Source of the DNA: Bacteroidota bacterium
GTDB lineage: Bacteria; Bacteroidota; Bacteroidia; UBA4408
Direction: 5' to 3'
Length of the DNA stretch: 64,000 nt
Assembly (NCBI GenBank): GCA_963169745.1
Contig: CAUJCU010000010.1
Coordinates: 131,487 to 195,486, forward strand
The notes under the pieces were generated by a model. It ran no database searches and was not told the DNA's origin. It saw nothing but the letters and a program-made list of their open reading frames with translations. The translations under genes were made by a program, and so were the position numbers. Positions 47,429 through 57,985 of the stretch are shown in pieces. How positions within the stretch are numbered: position 1 is the stretch's first letter; each line of letters starts with the position of its first letter.

Positions 47429-47435
47429 CAAAAAA

Positions 47436-47465
47436 AAGTCCTTGAATTTCAAGGACTTTTTTTTT
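47436..47465 (+). terminator. Rho-independent terminator after tRNA-Lys
   Basis: aaaAAGTCCTTGAAtTTCAAGGACTTttttttt. 11-bp perfect stem plus a T-tract. Confidence 0.75.
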
Positions 47466-47515
47466 GGCTCTAAAAACATTTTATGTATTATTATCGTTTC
47501 TTTATAACAATAAAA

Positions 47516-49720
47516 ATGATTCCTTTAAAATTTACATCCAAAATTAGATTTAAAGTATGCTGTTTAATTATGCTATTCGCTCTTAAATCGGGAGCGCAAA
47601 ACAAACAATTAAGTTTAGATGAAATCTGGAAAAAAAATACTTTTGGCTCTAAATATGTATGGGGTATTAATTCTATGAACGATGGTGTTCACTACACTAC
47701 ATTATCCTCATCTGGTAATACACAGTACATTATTAAATACAGCTATAAAACGGGTCAGCCGGTCGATACAGTTTTTAACAGTAACTTGGTAAAAACAAAT
47801 AAAGATTCCTTTCCTCAAATAGGCAACTACAATTTTAGTGCTGATGAAAAGCAAATCCTGTTTTCAACTGACGAGGAGCGTATTTATCGCCATTCCTTTA
47901 CAGCACAATATATTGTGTATAATATTGTCTCAAAATCATGGGCCTACTTATCATCAGGAGGGAAACAGCAATTAGCCACATTTTCGCCTAATGGTAAGCA
48001 AATAGCTTTTGTTAGAAACAACAACTTATATATTGTTGATTGGACACAACAAACAGAAACGCAAATAACCTTTGATGGTGAAAAAAATAAAATAATTAAT
48101 GGTGCTTGCGATTGGGTATATGAAGAAGAATTTAGTTTTGATCAAGCATTTACTTGGAGTCCTGATAGTAAGAAATTAGCTTATTATCATTTTAATGAAA
48201 GCGAGGTTAAAGAATATGGTATGCCTAAATACGGAACACTTTACCCGGAGTATGAAACCTTTAAATATCCTAAAGCCGGTGAAAAGAATTCAACTGTGGA
48301 TATTTATATTTATGATCTTGAACAAAAGAGAGCTGTTAAGGCCGACATAGGTGCTGAGACCGATCAATATATTCCGCGTATAAAATGGACTGCTCACTCC
48401 GATGTGTTAAGTTGTATCCGCTTAAACCGTTTGCAAAATCATTTAGATTTATTACTTACCGACAGCAAAACCGGAAAATCGAAAATTATACTTACCGAAA
48501 AATCCACAACTTATATTGATATAAGTGATGATTTAACCTTTTTCCCTGACAATAAATCTTTTTTATGGAGTAGCGAACTCGAGGGCTATAACCACTTATA
48601 TCAATATTCAATGGAAGGCAAGCGGTTAAAAAAAATTACAGATGGTAACTGGGATGTTGTCTCTTTTAAGGGGTTTGACGAAAAATCTCAAACATTATAT
48701 TTTACGGCAGCATATTCTTCTTCTATCAACAAAGAACTTTGCAAAGTAAATTTAAATGGTAGTCAATTCAAGGTGCTATCAACGCAAGTCGGAAATAATG
48801 ATGCCAATTTTAGTAAATCCTTTTTATATTATATAGCAAGCTATAGTAATGCAAACACTCCTGTTGAATACACGTTATGCAACAACGGTGGAAAAACTAT
48901 TAGAGTTTTAGAAGACAATAATGCACTCATTAAAAAATTAAAGGATTATGATCTCGCAAAAAAAGAGTTTTCAACTATAAAAACTAAAGATGGTTGGGAG
49001 CTCAATGTATGGATGATGAAACCCACCGATTTTGATGCCTCTAAAAAATACCCGGTATTGTTTGCCATTTATGGTGGTCCCGGACATAATACAGTAAGCA
49101 ATGCTTGGGAAGGTGCAAATTATATGTGGCATCAATTACTGGCTCAAAATGGCTATATAGTTGTTAGTGTAGATAACCGCGGAACTCAGTTTAAAGGCGA
49201 AAAATTTAAAAAGGCAACATACGGAAATTTGGGGATGTACGAAACGCAAGATCAAATTGAAGCGGCTCAATATTTTGCCTCTTTGCCTTTTGTAGATAAA
49301 AGTCGAATAGGAATGCAGGGTTGGAGCTTTGGAGGTTATTTATCGTCCTTGTGTATAACCAAGGGTAGAGATGTTTTTAAAACTGCTATTGCTGTTGCTC
49401 CGGTTACAAATTGGCGCTATTATGATAGTATTTATACGGAGCGCTTTCTTGGGTTGCCTCAAGATAATTCAAAAGGATATGACGATAACTCACCCATTAA
49501 TTTTACCGATATGCTTAAGGGAAATTATTTACTTATACACGGCACTGCCGATGATAATGTTCACTTTCAAAATTCGGTTGAAATGGTTAGCTCATTACAA
49601 AAAGCAAACAAACAGTTTGACTTTATGATGTATCCCGATAAAAATCATGGTATTGGTGGCGGTAACACACGTTTAAACATCTATACTTTAATGACCGATT
49701 TCTTACTTAAAAAACTTTAA
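47516..49720 (+). CDS. Dipeptidyl-peptidase IV (S9B prolyl oligopeptidase family); start taken at Met-12 of the track ORF
   Basis: Signal peptide MIPLKFTSKIRFKVCCLIMLFALKSGAQ. Beta-propeller N-domain. Catalytic Ser motif GWSFGGY, with Asp and His downstream (GTADDNVHF...HGI). Confidence 0.85.
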   Translation: MIPLKFTSKIRFKVCCLIMLFALKSGAQNKQLSLDEIWKKNTFGSKYVWGINSMNDGVHYTTLSSSGNTQYIIKYSYKTGQPVDTVFNSNLVKTNKDSFPQIGNYNFSADEKQILFSTDEERIYRHSFTAQYIVYNIVSKSWAYLSSGGKQQLATFSPNGKQIAFVRNNNLYIVDWTQQTETQITFDGEKNKIINGACDWVYEEEFSFDQAFTWSPDSKKLAYYHFNESEVKEYGMPKYGTLYPEYETFKYPKAGEKNSTVDIYIYDLEQKRAVKADIGAETDQYIPRIKWTAHSDVLSCIRLNRLQNHLDLLLTDSKTGKSKIILTEKSTTYIDISDDLTFFPDNKSFLWSSELEGYNHLYQYSMEGKRLKKITDGNWDVVSFKGFDEKSQTLYFTAAYSSSINKELCKVNLNGSQFKVLSTQVGNNDANFSKSFLYYIASYSNANTPVEYTLCNNGGKTIRVLEDNNALIKKLKDYDLAKKEFSTIKTKDGWELNVWMMKPTDFDASKKYPVLFAIYGGPGHNTVSNAWEGANYMWHQLLAQNGYIVVSVDNRGTQFKGEKFKKATYGNLGMYETQDQIEAAQYFASLPFVDKSRIGMQGWSFGGYLSSLCITKGRDVFKTAIAVAPVTNWRYYDSIYTERFLGLPQDNSKGYDDNSPINFTDMLKGNYLLIHGTADDNVHFQNSVEMVSSLQKANKQFDFMMYPDKNHGIGGGNTRLNIYTLMTDFLLKKL

Positions 49721-49835
49721 TATAATATCTTGATTTTGAAGTGCATTTAACGAAATTTGAAGAGGAGTTATTTATTCCCCTTTTTTAATCATAAAATATT
49801 GTATATTTGCGCCCTCAAAAATAACCATTATAACT

Positions 49836-49909
49836 GGCGAGGTAGCTCAGATGGTTAGAGCGCAGGATTCATAACCCTGAGGTCACGGGTTCAACTCCCG
49901 TCTTCGCTA
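49836..49909 (+). tRNA. tRNA with CAU anticodon (tRNA-Met; an Ile2/lysidine identity cannot be excluded)
   Basis: Manual cloverleaf: acceptor GGCGAGG/CTTCGCT (two G-U pairs), D-stem GCTC/GAGC, anticodon loop TTCATAA, T-arm ACGGG-TTCAACT-CCCGT. The anticodon stem has an A31-C39 mismatch. Confidence 0.7.
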
Positions 49910-49914
49910 CACGG

Positions 49915-49947
49915 AGCGGTGCTTATAAAGAGCACTGCTCTTTTTTT
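49915..49947 (+). terminator. Rho-independent terminator after tRNA-Met
   Basis: AGCGGTGCTtataaagAGCACTGCTCttttttt. 9-bp stem including one G-U pair, plus a T-tract. Confidence 0.65.
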
Positions 49948-49986
49948 GATATATGTTTATAACACGCTAACTAAAAATATTCAAAA

Positions 49987-51603
49987 ATGATAAGTACGGC
50001 AAATGTGGGTTTACAGTATGGAAAACGCGTATTGTTCGAAAAAGTAAGCATCAAGTTTAATCCCGGAAACTGCTATGGTATAATTGGAGCAAATGGTGCT
50101 GGGAAATCAACATTTTTAAAAATATTATCGGGTGAGATTGAGCCACAACAAGGGCAGGTTATTGTTGACCCCGGAGATCGTGTTTCGGTACTGAAACAAG
50201 ATCAGAATGCCTACGATGTATTTACGGTCATTCAAACAGTAATTATGGGAAATAAGCGCCTGTCAGATATCATGATTGAAAAAGATTCTTTATATGCCAA
50301 ATCTGATTTTTCTGACAAAGATGGTATTCGAGTATCTGAGTTGGAGGCTGAATTTGCTGAATTAAACGGATGGAATGCCGAAACTGAAGCAGCTGAATTG
50401 CTTGAAGGGCTTGGCATCCTGAATACAGAACATCATAAACAGATGAGCGAAATGGGCGGAAGCGAAAAAGTTAGAGTGCTTTTGGCTCAGGCTTTATTTG
50501 GAAATCCTGATATTTTATTGCTTGACGAACCAACGAATAACCTGGATGCTACAACAGTGCTTTGGTTAGAAGACTTCTTGGCAGATTTTCAAAATACCGT
50601 AATCGTTGTTTCACACGATCGCCATTTTATGGATGCTGTTTGTACACATATTGCTGATATTGATTTTAGTCAAATTCAACTATTTACAGGTAATTACTCG
50701 TTTTGGTACGAAAGCAGTCAGTTAATTTTAAGACAAAAGCAAGATGCCAATCGTAAGGCCGATGATAAAAAGAAAGAGCTTCAAGAATTTATTGCCCGTT
50801 TTAGTGCAAATGCCTCAAAATCACGTCAAGCTACCTCAAGGAAAAAACTTTTAGACAAACTTGTTTTTGAAGAAATAAAGCCCTCATCGCGCAAGTACCC
50901 CTATATTATCTTTAAGCCTAAAACCGATACTAGAAATCAAATACTAGAAGTTAAAGGGCTAAAGAAAACAATAGATGGAACAGATGTTTTTAGTCAAATG
51001 AATTTTACTGTGGATAGTGGTGATAAGATAGCTTTTATTAGCCATGATGGACTTACAATTTCGGCCTTATTTGATATTTTAACCGATACAAAAAATGCTG
51101 ATCATGGAAGTTTTAAATGGGGAGCTACAGCGCATATTGGATATTTCCCAAGAATTAACGATCACTTTTTTACAGGCGATATGAGTATTATGGATTGGTT
51201 GCAACAATATTCAGAAGTAAAAGAAGAACCTTGGATAAGAAGTTTTCTTGGTAAAATGCTCTTTTCAGGAGAAGAATCTTTGAAGAAAGTAAAGGTATTG
51301 TCAGGCGGTGAAAAGGTTCGGTGCTTAATTGCTAAATTAATGCTTGAAGCCCCAAATACGCTAATTTTAGACCAACCTACAAACCATTTGGATTTAGAGT
51401 CAATTACTTCATTAAATGATGGCTTAAAAGCTTTTACAGGAAATATTTTATTTGCTTCGCACGATCATTTGTTTACAGAAACCATTGCCAATAGGATTAT
51501 AGAAATTTTACCCGGTGGTATTATTGACAGAAGAATATCTTATGATGAATACTTACGTGACGAGAAAGTAAAATCGCTACGGGCTACTTTAATGCAGCAA
51601 TAA
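49987..51603 (+). CDS. ABC-F family ATPase (tandem NBDs, no TMD; YbiT/EttA-like translation factor)
   Basis: Two Walker A sites (GANGAGKST; second copy degenerate) and two signature/Walker B sets (LSGGEKVR, LLLDEPTNNLD, LILDQPTNHLD). 538 aa. No TM segments. Confidence 0.85.
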   Translation: MISTANVGLQYGKRVLFEKVSIKFNPGNCYGIIGANGAGKSTFLKILSGEIEPQQGQVIVDPGDRVSVLKQDQNAYDVFTVIQTVIMGNKRLSDIMIEKDSLYAKSDFSDKDGIRVSELEAEFAELNGWNAETEAAELLEGLGILNTEHHKQMSEMGGSEKVRVLLAQALFGNPDILLLDEPTNNLDATTVLWLEDFLADFQNTVIVVSHDRHFMDAVCTHIADIDFSQIQLFTGNYSFWYESSQLILRQKQDANRKADDKKKELQEFIARFSANASKSRQATSRKKLLDKLVFEEIKPSSRKYPYIIFKPKTDTRNQILEVKGLKKTIDGTDVFSQMNFTVDSGDKIAFISHDGLTISALFDILTDTKNADHGSFKWGATAHIGYFPRINDHFFTGDMSIMDWLQQYSEVKEEPWIRSFLGKMLFSGEESLKKVKVLSGGEKVRCLIAKLMLEAPNTLILDQPTNHLDLESITSLNDGLKAFTGNILFASHDHLFTETIANRIIEILPGGIIDRRISYDEYLRDEKVKSLRATLMQQ

Positions 51604-51671
51604 GCTGGATACGCATAATTTGATTTTTTTTATATAAATTTTTTAACCCAATTCATAATTACTTCTATAGC

Positions 51672-52148
51672 ATGAAGATAGTTTTGCTTCAAGTTGGAAA
51701 AACCTCACAGTCATTCATAATTGAAGGAGTAAATGAGTATGAAAAAAGATTAAAACACTATAGTAATTTTGAAATTATTACACTTCTGCCGCCAAAAAAT
51801 ATTTATTCAACTTCATCGGTGGAGCAAATAAAAAAAGCAGAATCAAATTTTATTTTTTCAAAACTATATACTACAGACTTTGTTATACTTCTCTGTGAAA
51901 CCGGAAAAGAAATGAGTTCTGTTTCTTTTTCGGAGTATTTGCAGCAGCATCAAATGAAGAGTTCATCGCGCTTGGTTTTTGTTATTGGCGGAGCTTATGG
52001 CTTTTCAAACAGTGTTTATGAACGATGCCATTTTAAGTGGTCATTATCACAACTTACATTTTCACATCAAATGGTACGCTTATTCTTTTTGGAACAGCTT
52101 TATAGGGCATTTACCATAATTAAGGGAGAGCCATACCACCATATTTAA
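51672..52148 (+). CDS. rlmH: 23S rRNA (pseudouridine1915-N3)-methyltransferase
   Basis: MKIVLLQVGKTSQSFIIEGVNEYEKRLKHY and C-terminal SLSQLTFSHQMVRLFFLEQLYRAF are canonical RlmH (SPOUT). 158 aa. Confidence 0.85.
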   Translation: MKIVLLQVGKTSQSFIIEGVNEYEKRLKHYSNFEIITLLPPKNIYSTSSVEQIKKAESNFIFSKLYTTDFVILLCETGKEMSSVSFSEYLQQHQMKSSSRLVFVIGGAYGFSNSVYERCHFKWSLSQLTFSHQMVRLFFLEQLYRAFTIIKGEPYHHI

Positions 52149-53383
52149 CCCTTCGATAATTGGCGGTAAATTCTTAAGTAATTGTTTATGCCATCACTTA
52201 AAGAAGCATAATTTGAGGCATATAATGCTATATTTGAAGGATTTAATGGAGGCATCGCTAAAAACCTCTTTATAGCATCTGTATAGGATTGATTGTCAAA
52301 ATTATCAATAACAATACCTACCTCACCATTTTTTACTATTTGTTCCACATCGCCAACACCACTATTGCATATTACCGGAACGCCCATACCTAAAATTTCG
52401 GCTAACTTAGTTGGTGAGGAGGCCTTTTTTGAGAAAGTACTATTTATAAAAAATATAGAACATTTACTTAAGGCAATATAATAAGGAACCTCTTGCCTGC
52501 TGGCAGATTTAACAAGAATCTTATGTGGGGCAATTTGTAATTTTTCGGCAGCTCGATACGCAATTTCTGGCGCATCAGTGCTAATAATTAAGAAAAACGC
52601 TTGCGGAATATGCTGTAATAAAATTTTAAAAAATGACATCATTTCATCTATCATATACCAAGTACCTAAAGAGCCTATGTAGCTTATAGTAAAACTATCA
52701 TCTTTTATGCCGTGCTTCGTTTTTATGGAATGAAGTTGCATTTTATCAATATTATTTTGCGAAAAATGTTCCAAATCTGCACAACAAGGAATTACCGAAA
52801 TTTTATCAGCACTAACATGAGGTAGTTGCCAGCTTAATATCTCATCTTTTGCATTTTGTGTTAAACTAACAATATGTGCGCTTTGCTGTAAAAATGCTTG
52901 CTCTTTATGCTTAAAAAAAGTATAAATAGCTTTAAACAAGGGGTTCTTCAAGTTCCACAATTTACCATCTACGCGCTCATCGGCCCAAAAACCTCTCATG
53001 TCAAAAATAAAAGGAATTTTTAATTCTTTTTTAAACTTTAAGCCAACTAAAGCAGCAATGTAACTGCGGCAATGTATAAATGAAATATTTTGTGTTTTTA
53101 GGAGTTGTTTAACTTTACTGTTAAGTTTCCACAAATCGTATAAGGTAGATATAACTGGTGGTTTTTGATGATAGTGTAAGGGATACCATTTAATTGCGAA
53201 CCCTGAAAGAAGTTGTTCAATTTTATGACGATTTTGAACAAACCGTTCTTTTTTCTCAAAACTAATTAAGTGAATCTCAAAGTTGTACATTGAAAGACCT
53301 CGCAAATAAGGTAATACTTGTGATTGACCCAAAGGGTCAGTCATTCCATCATACGATAAATAAAGAATTTTGTAAGTATTCAT
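52145..53383 (-). CDS. Glycosyltransferase family 4
   Basis: GT-B fold. C-terminal PTKLAEILGMGVPVICNSGVGDVEQIV matches the GT4 E-X7-E region. Its 3' end overlaps the rlmH 3' end by 4 nt (convergent). Confidence 0.7.
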   Translation of the reverse strand: MNTYKILYLSYDGMTDPLGQSQVLPYLRGLSMYNFEIHLISFEKKERFVQNRHKIEQLLSGFAIKWYPLHYHQKPPVISTLYDLWKLNSKVKQLLKTQNISFIHCRSYIAALVGLKFKKELKIPFIFDMRGFWADERVDGKLWNLKNPLFKAIYTFFKHKEQAFLQQSAHIVSLTQNAKDEILSWQLPHVSADKISVIPCCADLEHFSQNNIDKMQLHSIKTKHGIKDDSFTISYIGSLGTWYMIDEMMSFFKILLQHIPQAFFLIISTDAPEIAYRAAEKLQIAPHKILVKSASRQEVPYYIALSKCSIFFINSTFSKKASSPTKLAEILGMGVPVICNSGVGDVEQIVKNGEVGIVIDNFDNQSYTDAIKRFLAMPPLNPSNIALYASNYASLSDGINNYLRIYRQLSKG

Positions 53384-53436
53384 GAACGCAATGTAAAATT
53401 AATTGTTTTACATTTGAAAAAAATAAGACACCACTT

Positions 53437-54786
53437 ATGCTTTTAGATGCATTAGACTTTATTCTTTTACCTTTCTATTTAGCCATAATTTATTTTTTCG
53501 CTAAACGAGTTCAAGAAAAAAGAATAGTTTATAATCAAGTTTACCGACACTATATTAGTGGCTTATTTGTTAAAATATTTGGAGGAATTGCATTAGTTCT
53601 AATTTATACACTTTATTATAATGGAGGTGACACTACAGCCTATTTTATTGGCGGGTTAATATTGAAAAAATTAAGTTATGTTAATTTTTCTGGATATTTA
53701 GAGATTATGGGTAATAATCTAACACATGAAACTTATTCGTATTTTAACTCCAGTACCGCTTACCCACAATATTTTTTTGATAAACAATCATTTGCTGTTG
53801 TTAGAGCATCTAACTTAATTAGTTTTCTAGGGAGCAACAGTTATATGCTTACAACAGTAGTGCTTTCCGTAATTACCTATAGCGGAATATGGCGTTTGTA
53901 CTTGGTATTTTCAGAACTCTATCCAAAGCATCAAAAGCTCCTTTCTTATACCGTTTTGTTTGTTCCATCAGTTGTGTTTTGGGGTTCCGGAATTTTGAAA
54001 GACTCATTTACTTTAATGGGGGCTTGTTGGTTTACTTATAGTTTCTATAATGTTTTCATTAAAAGAAGTAACCTCGTGCTGAACAGTATAACTTTGGTAT
54101 TGGGGGCATTGCTTATTTTGCAAATGAAACCCTATATATTTATTGCATTGGTTCCCGGAGCTTTAATTTGGTTTTCATTAGAACGCGTTAAGGCTATTTC
54201 CAATCCTTTGGTAAAATTTTTTGTGGCTCCTTTTATTGTTTCTATTGTTATTGCCATTGGAGCAATAGGCTTTTCATCAATTTCAAGTAGTTTCGGGCAA
54301 TACTCATCGGTAGATAAAATTGTAGAGAAGGCTGTTGTGACACAGCGCGATTTAAAAATGGATTATAATGAAGGAAACTCATTTGATATTGGTGAATTTG
54401 ACGGCTCAATAGGAAGTATTTTTAGAAAAGCTCCTATTGCTACTTTTGCAGGACTATTTTTTCCGCAACTTTGGCAAGTACGTAACCCTGTAATGCTTTT
54501 GGCTGCTATTGAAAATTCAATACTCTTAGTTTTAACTATTATGCTCCTGCTTAGAGCTGGACCTACTGTAGTTTTTAAAATAATTAGAAAAGAACCGCTG
54601 TTGATTTTTGGGTTGGTATTTTCAATTTTCTTTTCATTTTCGGTAGGCCTGTCAACTAGTAACTTTGGTGCATTAGCACGATACAAAATACCGGCACTCC
54701 CATTTTATGCCAGTGTGGTTTCGCTGCTATACTATAAATATCTTGAACATAAAGAAAACCCAACCGAAGAACTGATTGATGATTGA
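53437..54786 (+). CDS. Polytopic membrane protein of unknown function (possible glycan polymerase or large-family GT)
   Basis: 449 aa with at least 10 predicted TM helices. Divergent from a GT4 gene. No diagnostic motif recognised. Confidence 0.45.
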   Translation: MLLDALDFILLPFYLAIIYFFAKRVQEKRIVYNQVYRHYISGLFVKIFGGIALVLIYTLYYNGGDTTAYFIGGLILKKLSYVNFSGYLEIMGNNLTHETYSYFNSSTAYPQYFFDKQSFAVVRASNLISFLGSNSYMLTTVVLSVITYSGIWRLYLVFSELYPKHQKLLSYTVLFVPSVVFWGSGILKDSFTLMGACWFTYSFYNVFIKRSNLVLNSITLVLGALLILQMKPYIFIALVPGALIWFSLERVKAISNPLVKFFVAPFIVSIVIAIGAIGFSSISSSFGQYSSVDKIVEKAVVTQRDLKMDYNEGNSFDIGEFDGSIGSIFRKAPIATFAGLFFPQLWQVRNPVMLLAAIENSILLVLTIMLLLRAGPTVVFKIIRKEPLLIFGLVFSIFFSFSVGLSTSNFGALARYKIPALPFYASVVSLLYYKYLEHKENPTEELIDD

Positions 54787-54886
54787 TTTGCTCTTTTTTG
54801 CTATAGAATAAAAATTGATAATGACTCAATTTGCTTGTTCCGGTTATATATTATAACTTTTACCCACATAAATTTAATATTGCTCT

Positions 54887-56791
54887 ATGAATTTGTTATC
54901 TGTTGAAAATTTAAGTAAAAGCTATGGTGAAAAGGAATTATTCAGTAATCTTACTTTTGGACTTTTACAAGGCGAGAAGGTAGCTTTAATTGCTAGAAAT
55001 GGTACCGGAAAATCTACTTTACTAAAAATTCTTTCCGGAACAGATACAGCCGATAGTGGAACTGTAGTATATCGAAAAGACATAAAAATTTCATTTTTAG
55101 ACCAAAACCCTGTTTTTATTGAAGAGTTAAGTATTATTGAGTCTGTTTTACAGGCCGATAATGAGATAACCAGAGCCATTAAACAATACGAAAATTGCTT
55201 GCAAAAATTGGCTGAAGCACAAGCTGATGATTTTGCTCAAGATTTGGAAAGTGCTACTGCCCAAATGGACAAGTTGGATGCCTGGGCTTATGAAGTGAGA
55301 GTGAAGCAAGTTTTTGATAAACTGGGGCTCGTAAAAATAAATCAGCCAATTAAAAATTTATCGGGAGGACAAAAGAAAAGGGTTGCCCTAGCTAAGGTCC
55401 TTTTAGAAGAACCCGACTTGCTCATATTAGATGAACCTACCAATCATTTAGATGTTGATATGATTGAATGGCTCGAAGAGTATCTTGAAAACAGAGATTT
55501 AACATTGTTATTAGTTACACACGATCGTTATTTTTTAGATAGGGTATGCCATAAAATAATAGAACTCGATAACCAAAAATTATTTCACTATCAGGGAAAT
55601 TACAGTTATTTTCTTGAAAAAAAATCAGAACGGGAGTTTAATGCCGCACGCGAAACCGATAAGGCCCAAAATCTTATGCGAAAAGAACTTGATTGGATAA
55701 GAAGAATGCCTAAGGCACGAGGCACAAAATCAAAATCGCGCATTGATGCCTTTTATGACCTTAAAGAAAAAGCCACTGTAAAACACCAGGAAAATAAGCT
55801 GGAACTGAACGTTAAAATGTCACGCATTGGAGGCAAGGTTATTGAAATGAAGAAAGTTTACAAATCGTATCATGATTTGATTGTTCTAAAAGGATTTGAT
55901 TACACCTTTAAAACGGGCGAAAGAATTGGAATTATTGGGAAAAACGGAATTGGTAAAAGTACATTCTTAAATATTATAACCGGAAAAGAGCAAGCAGACT
56001 CCGGTAAAATAAATGTTGGAGAAACTATTGTATTTGGATACTACTCTCAAGATGGCCTGCAGTTAAAGGAAGATAAAAGGGTAATTGAGCTTATTAAAGA
56101 AAACATTGCCGAAGTTATTACACTGGGTGATGGTAGTAAATTAGGAGCATCTCAGTTTCTTACTTTATTTCAATTTCCACCCGAAATGCAATATACCTAT
56201 ATTTCTAAATTGAGCGGTGGCGAGAAAAGACGATTGTTTCTGTTAACAGTATTAGTTAAAAACCCCAATTTTTTAATTCTTGATGAACCCACAAACGACC
56301 TTGATTTGCTTACTTTACAAACTCTCGAAGAATTCTTGTTGCACTTTAAAGGGTGTTTGCTCATTGTTTCGCACGATCGCTATTTTATGGATAAATTGGT
56401 TGATCATCTATTTGTTTTTGAAGCACCGGGTGTCATAAAAGATTTTCCCGGAAATTATCATGATTGGCGTGTTCAACAAGAAATTAAAGAACATGAGCAA
56501 AGAAAAAAGCAAAAGGAACCCAAAATAATTTTTAAAGCGGATACTCCGGATAAAGATTTAGAAAGAGGAAAAAATAAGAAGAAATCATTCAAAGAAAAAT
56601 TTGAATTTGAACAATTACAAAAAGAAATTGCTAGTTTAGAAGCCGAAAAAACAGATCTAAATAAAAAAATGGCCGAAGGTGTTGGGCAACACCAAGATTT
56701 TAAAGATTGGAGCAAACGAATATCAGCCCTTATTCAGCTTATAGATGAAAAGGAAATGCGTTGGCTGGAGTTATCCGAAATTCCTGATTAA
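54887..56791 (+). CDS. ABC-F family ATPase, Uup-like with C-terminal coiled-coil domain
   Basis: Two NBDs (GTGKSTLLKILSG / GKNGIGKSTFLNIITG; LSGGQKKR / LSGGEKRR). A long inter-domain linker and a Lys/Glu-rich C-terminal coiled coil. 634 aa. Confidence 0.85.
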   Translation: MNLLSVENLSKSYGEKELFSNLTFGLLQGEKVALIARNGTGKSTLLKILSGTDTADSGTVVYRKDIKISFLDQNPVFIEELSIIESVLQADNEITRAIKQYENCLQKLAEAQADDFAQDLESATAQMDKLDAWAYEVRVKQVFDKLGLVKINQPIKNLSGGQKKRVALAKVLLEEPDLLILDEPTNHLDVDMIEWLEEYLENRDLTLLLVTHDRYFLDRVCHKIIELDNQKLFHYQGNYSYFLEKKSEREFNAARETDKAQNLMRKELDWIRRMPKARGTKSKSRIDAFYDLKEKATVKHQENKLELNVKMSRIGGKVIEMKKVYKSYHDLIVLKGFDYTFKTGERIGIIGKNGIGKSTFLNIITGKEQADSGKINVGETIVFGYYSQDGLQLKEDKRVIELIKENIAEVITLGDGSKLGASQFLTLFQFPPEMQYTYISKLSGGEKRRLFLLTVLVKNPNFLILDEPTNDLDLLTLQTLEEFLLHFKGCLLIVSHDRYFMDKLVDHLFVFEAPGVIKDFPGNYHDWRVQQEIKEHEQRKKQKEPKIIFKADTPDKDLERGKNKKKSFKEKFEFEQLQKEIASLEAEKTDLNKKMAEGVGQHQDFKDWSKRISALIQLIDEKEMRWLELSEIPD

Positions 56792-56924
56792 TGCAACCTA
56801 ACACTTCATATACCTATAAACCTTTATAGTGGCGAATGTTTAAAAATAAATTAGGAAGCTCTATAATATTTTGTAGATTTGATTTATTCCTATTTGACTA
56901 AATTATAATCAAAATAAATTAAAC

Positions 56925-57968
56925 ATGAGTAAAGAAATTAAAGAAACAAAAGAAGAAAAAGGCCTGAAAGAGCTTAATAAAGAAAAACTGAAAGCCCTTC
57001 AAATAACTATGGATAAAATTGAAAAAACCTATGGTAAAGGGGCTATTATGAAAATGGGCGATAACCCGGTAGATGAAATAGAGGTTATTTCAACGGGCTC
57101 CGTAGGACTCGATGCCGCACTTGGTGTTGGCGGGTTTCCTAAAGGTAGAATTATTGAAATTTACGGACCTGAATCATCCGGAAAAACGACCATAGCCATA
57201 CATGCAATTGCCGAGGCTCAAAAAAAAGGAGGAATTGCTGCTTTTATTGATGCAGAGCATGCTTTTGACCGCCTATATGCACAAAAACTGGGAGTAGATA
57301 CCGAAAATTTATTGATTTCTCAGCCTGATAATGGAGAACAAGCTTTAGAAATAGCTGAAAACCTTATTCGATCGGGTGCTATTGATATTATTGTAATTGA
57401 CTCGGTAGCAGCGTTAACACCAAAAAGCGAAATTGAAGGTGAAATGGGCGATAGCAAAATGGGTTTACAGGCTCGATTAATGTCTCAAGCTCTGCGAAAA
57501 CTTACCGGAACAATTAATAAAACGAACTGTTGTTGTATTTTTATTAACCAACTTCGCGAAAAAATTGGAGTAATGTTTGGCAATCCCGAAACAACTACAG
57601 GAGGTAATGCTTTAAAGTTTTATGCCTCGGTACGCTTAGACATCAGAAGGTCTGGTCAGTTGAAAGATGGAGATGTTGTTTTTGGAAACAGGGTTAAGGT
57701 AAAAGTTATTAAAAACAAAGTAGCTCCTCCATTTCGTATAGCAGAATTTGATATTTTATACGGAGAAGGAATAAGTAAAATTGGTGAAATAATAGACCTG
57801 GGTGTAGATTTAAATATCGTTAAAAAAAGTGGCTCTTGGTTTAGTTATACAGATACCAAACTGGGGCAGGGGAGAGACTCAGTAAAACAAATTTTGGCTG
57901 ATAACCCTGAACTGGCTGATGAAATTGAAAATAAAGTTCGTGAAGAACTAGCTAAAACTTTAGTTTAA
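56925..57968 (+). CDS. recA: Recombinase A
   Basis: [16 protein letters not shown] (Walker A), AFIDAEHA and L2-loop region [34 protein letters not shown] are canonical RecA. Confidence 0.95.
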   Translation: MSKEIKETKEEKGLKELNKEKLKALQITMDKIEKTYGKGAIMKMGDNPVDEIEVISTGSVGLDAALGVGGFPKGRIIEIYGPESSGKTTIAIHAIAEAQKKGGIAAFIDAEHAFDRLYAQKLGVDTENLLISQPDNGEQALEIAENLIRSGAIDIIVIDSVAALTPKSEIEGEMGDSKMGLQARLMSQALRKLTGTINKTNCCCIFINQLREKIGVMFGNPETTTGGNALKFYASVRLDIRRSGQLKDGDVVFGNRVKVKVIKNKVAPPFRIAEFDILYGEGISKIGEIIDLGVDLNIVKKSGSWFSYTDTKLGQGRDSVKQILADNPELADEIENKVREELAKTLV

Positions 57969-57985
57969 GTTATATTTTTAGGACT

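Noticed and set aside
47356-49947. tRNA-flanked DPP4 segment as an integrated genomic island
   Set aside because: There is no integrase, no duplicated tRNA 3' end (att repeat) and no phage or plasmid genes. DPP4 is a typical Bacteroidota housekeeping peptidase with a native-looking signal peptide.
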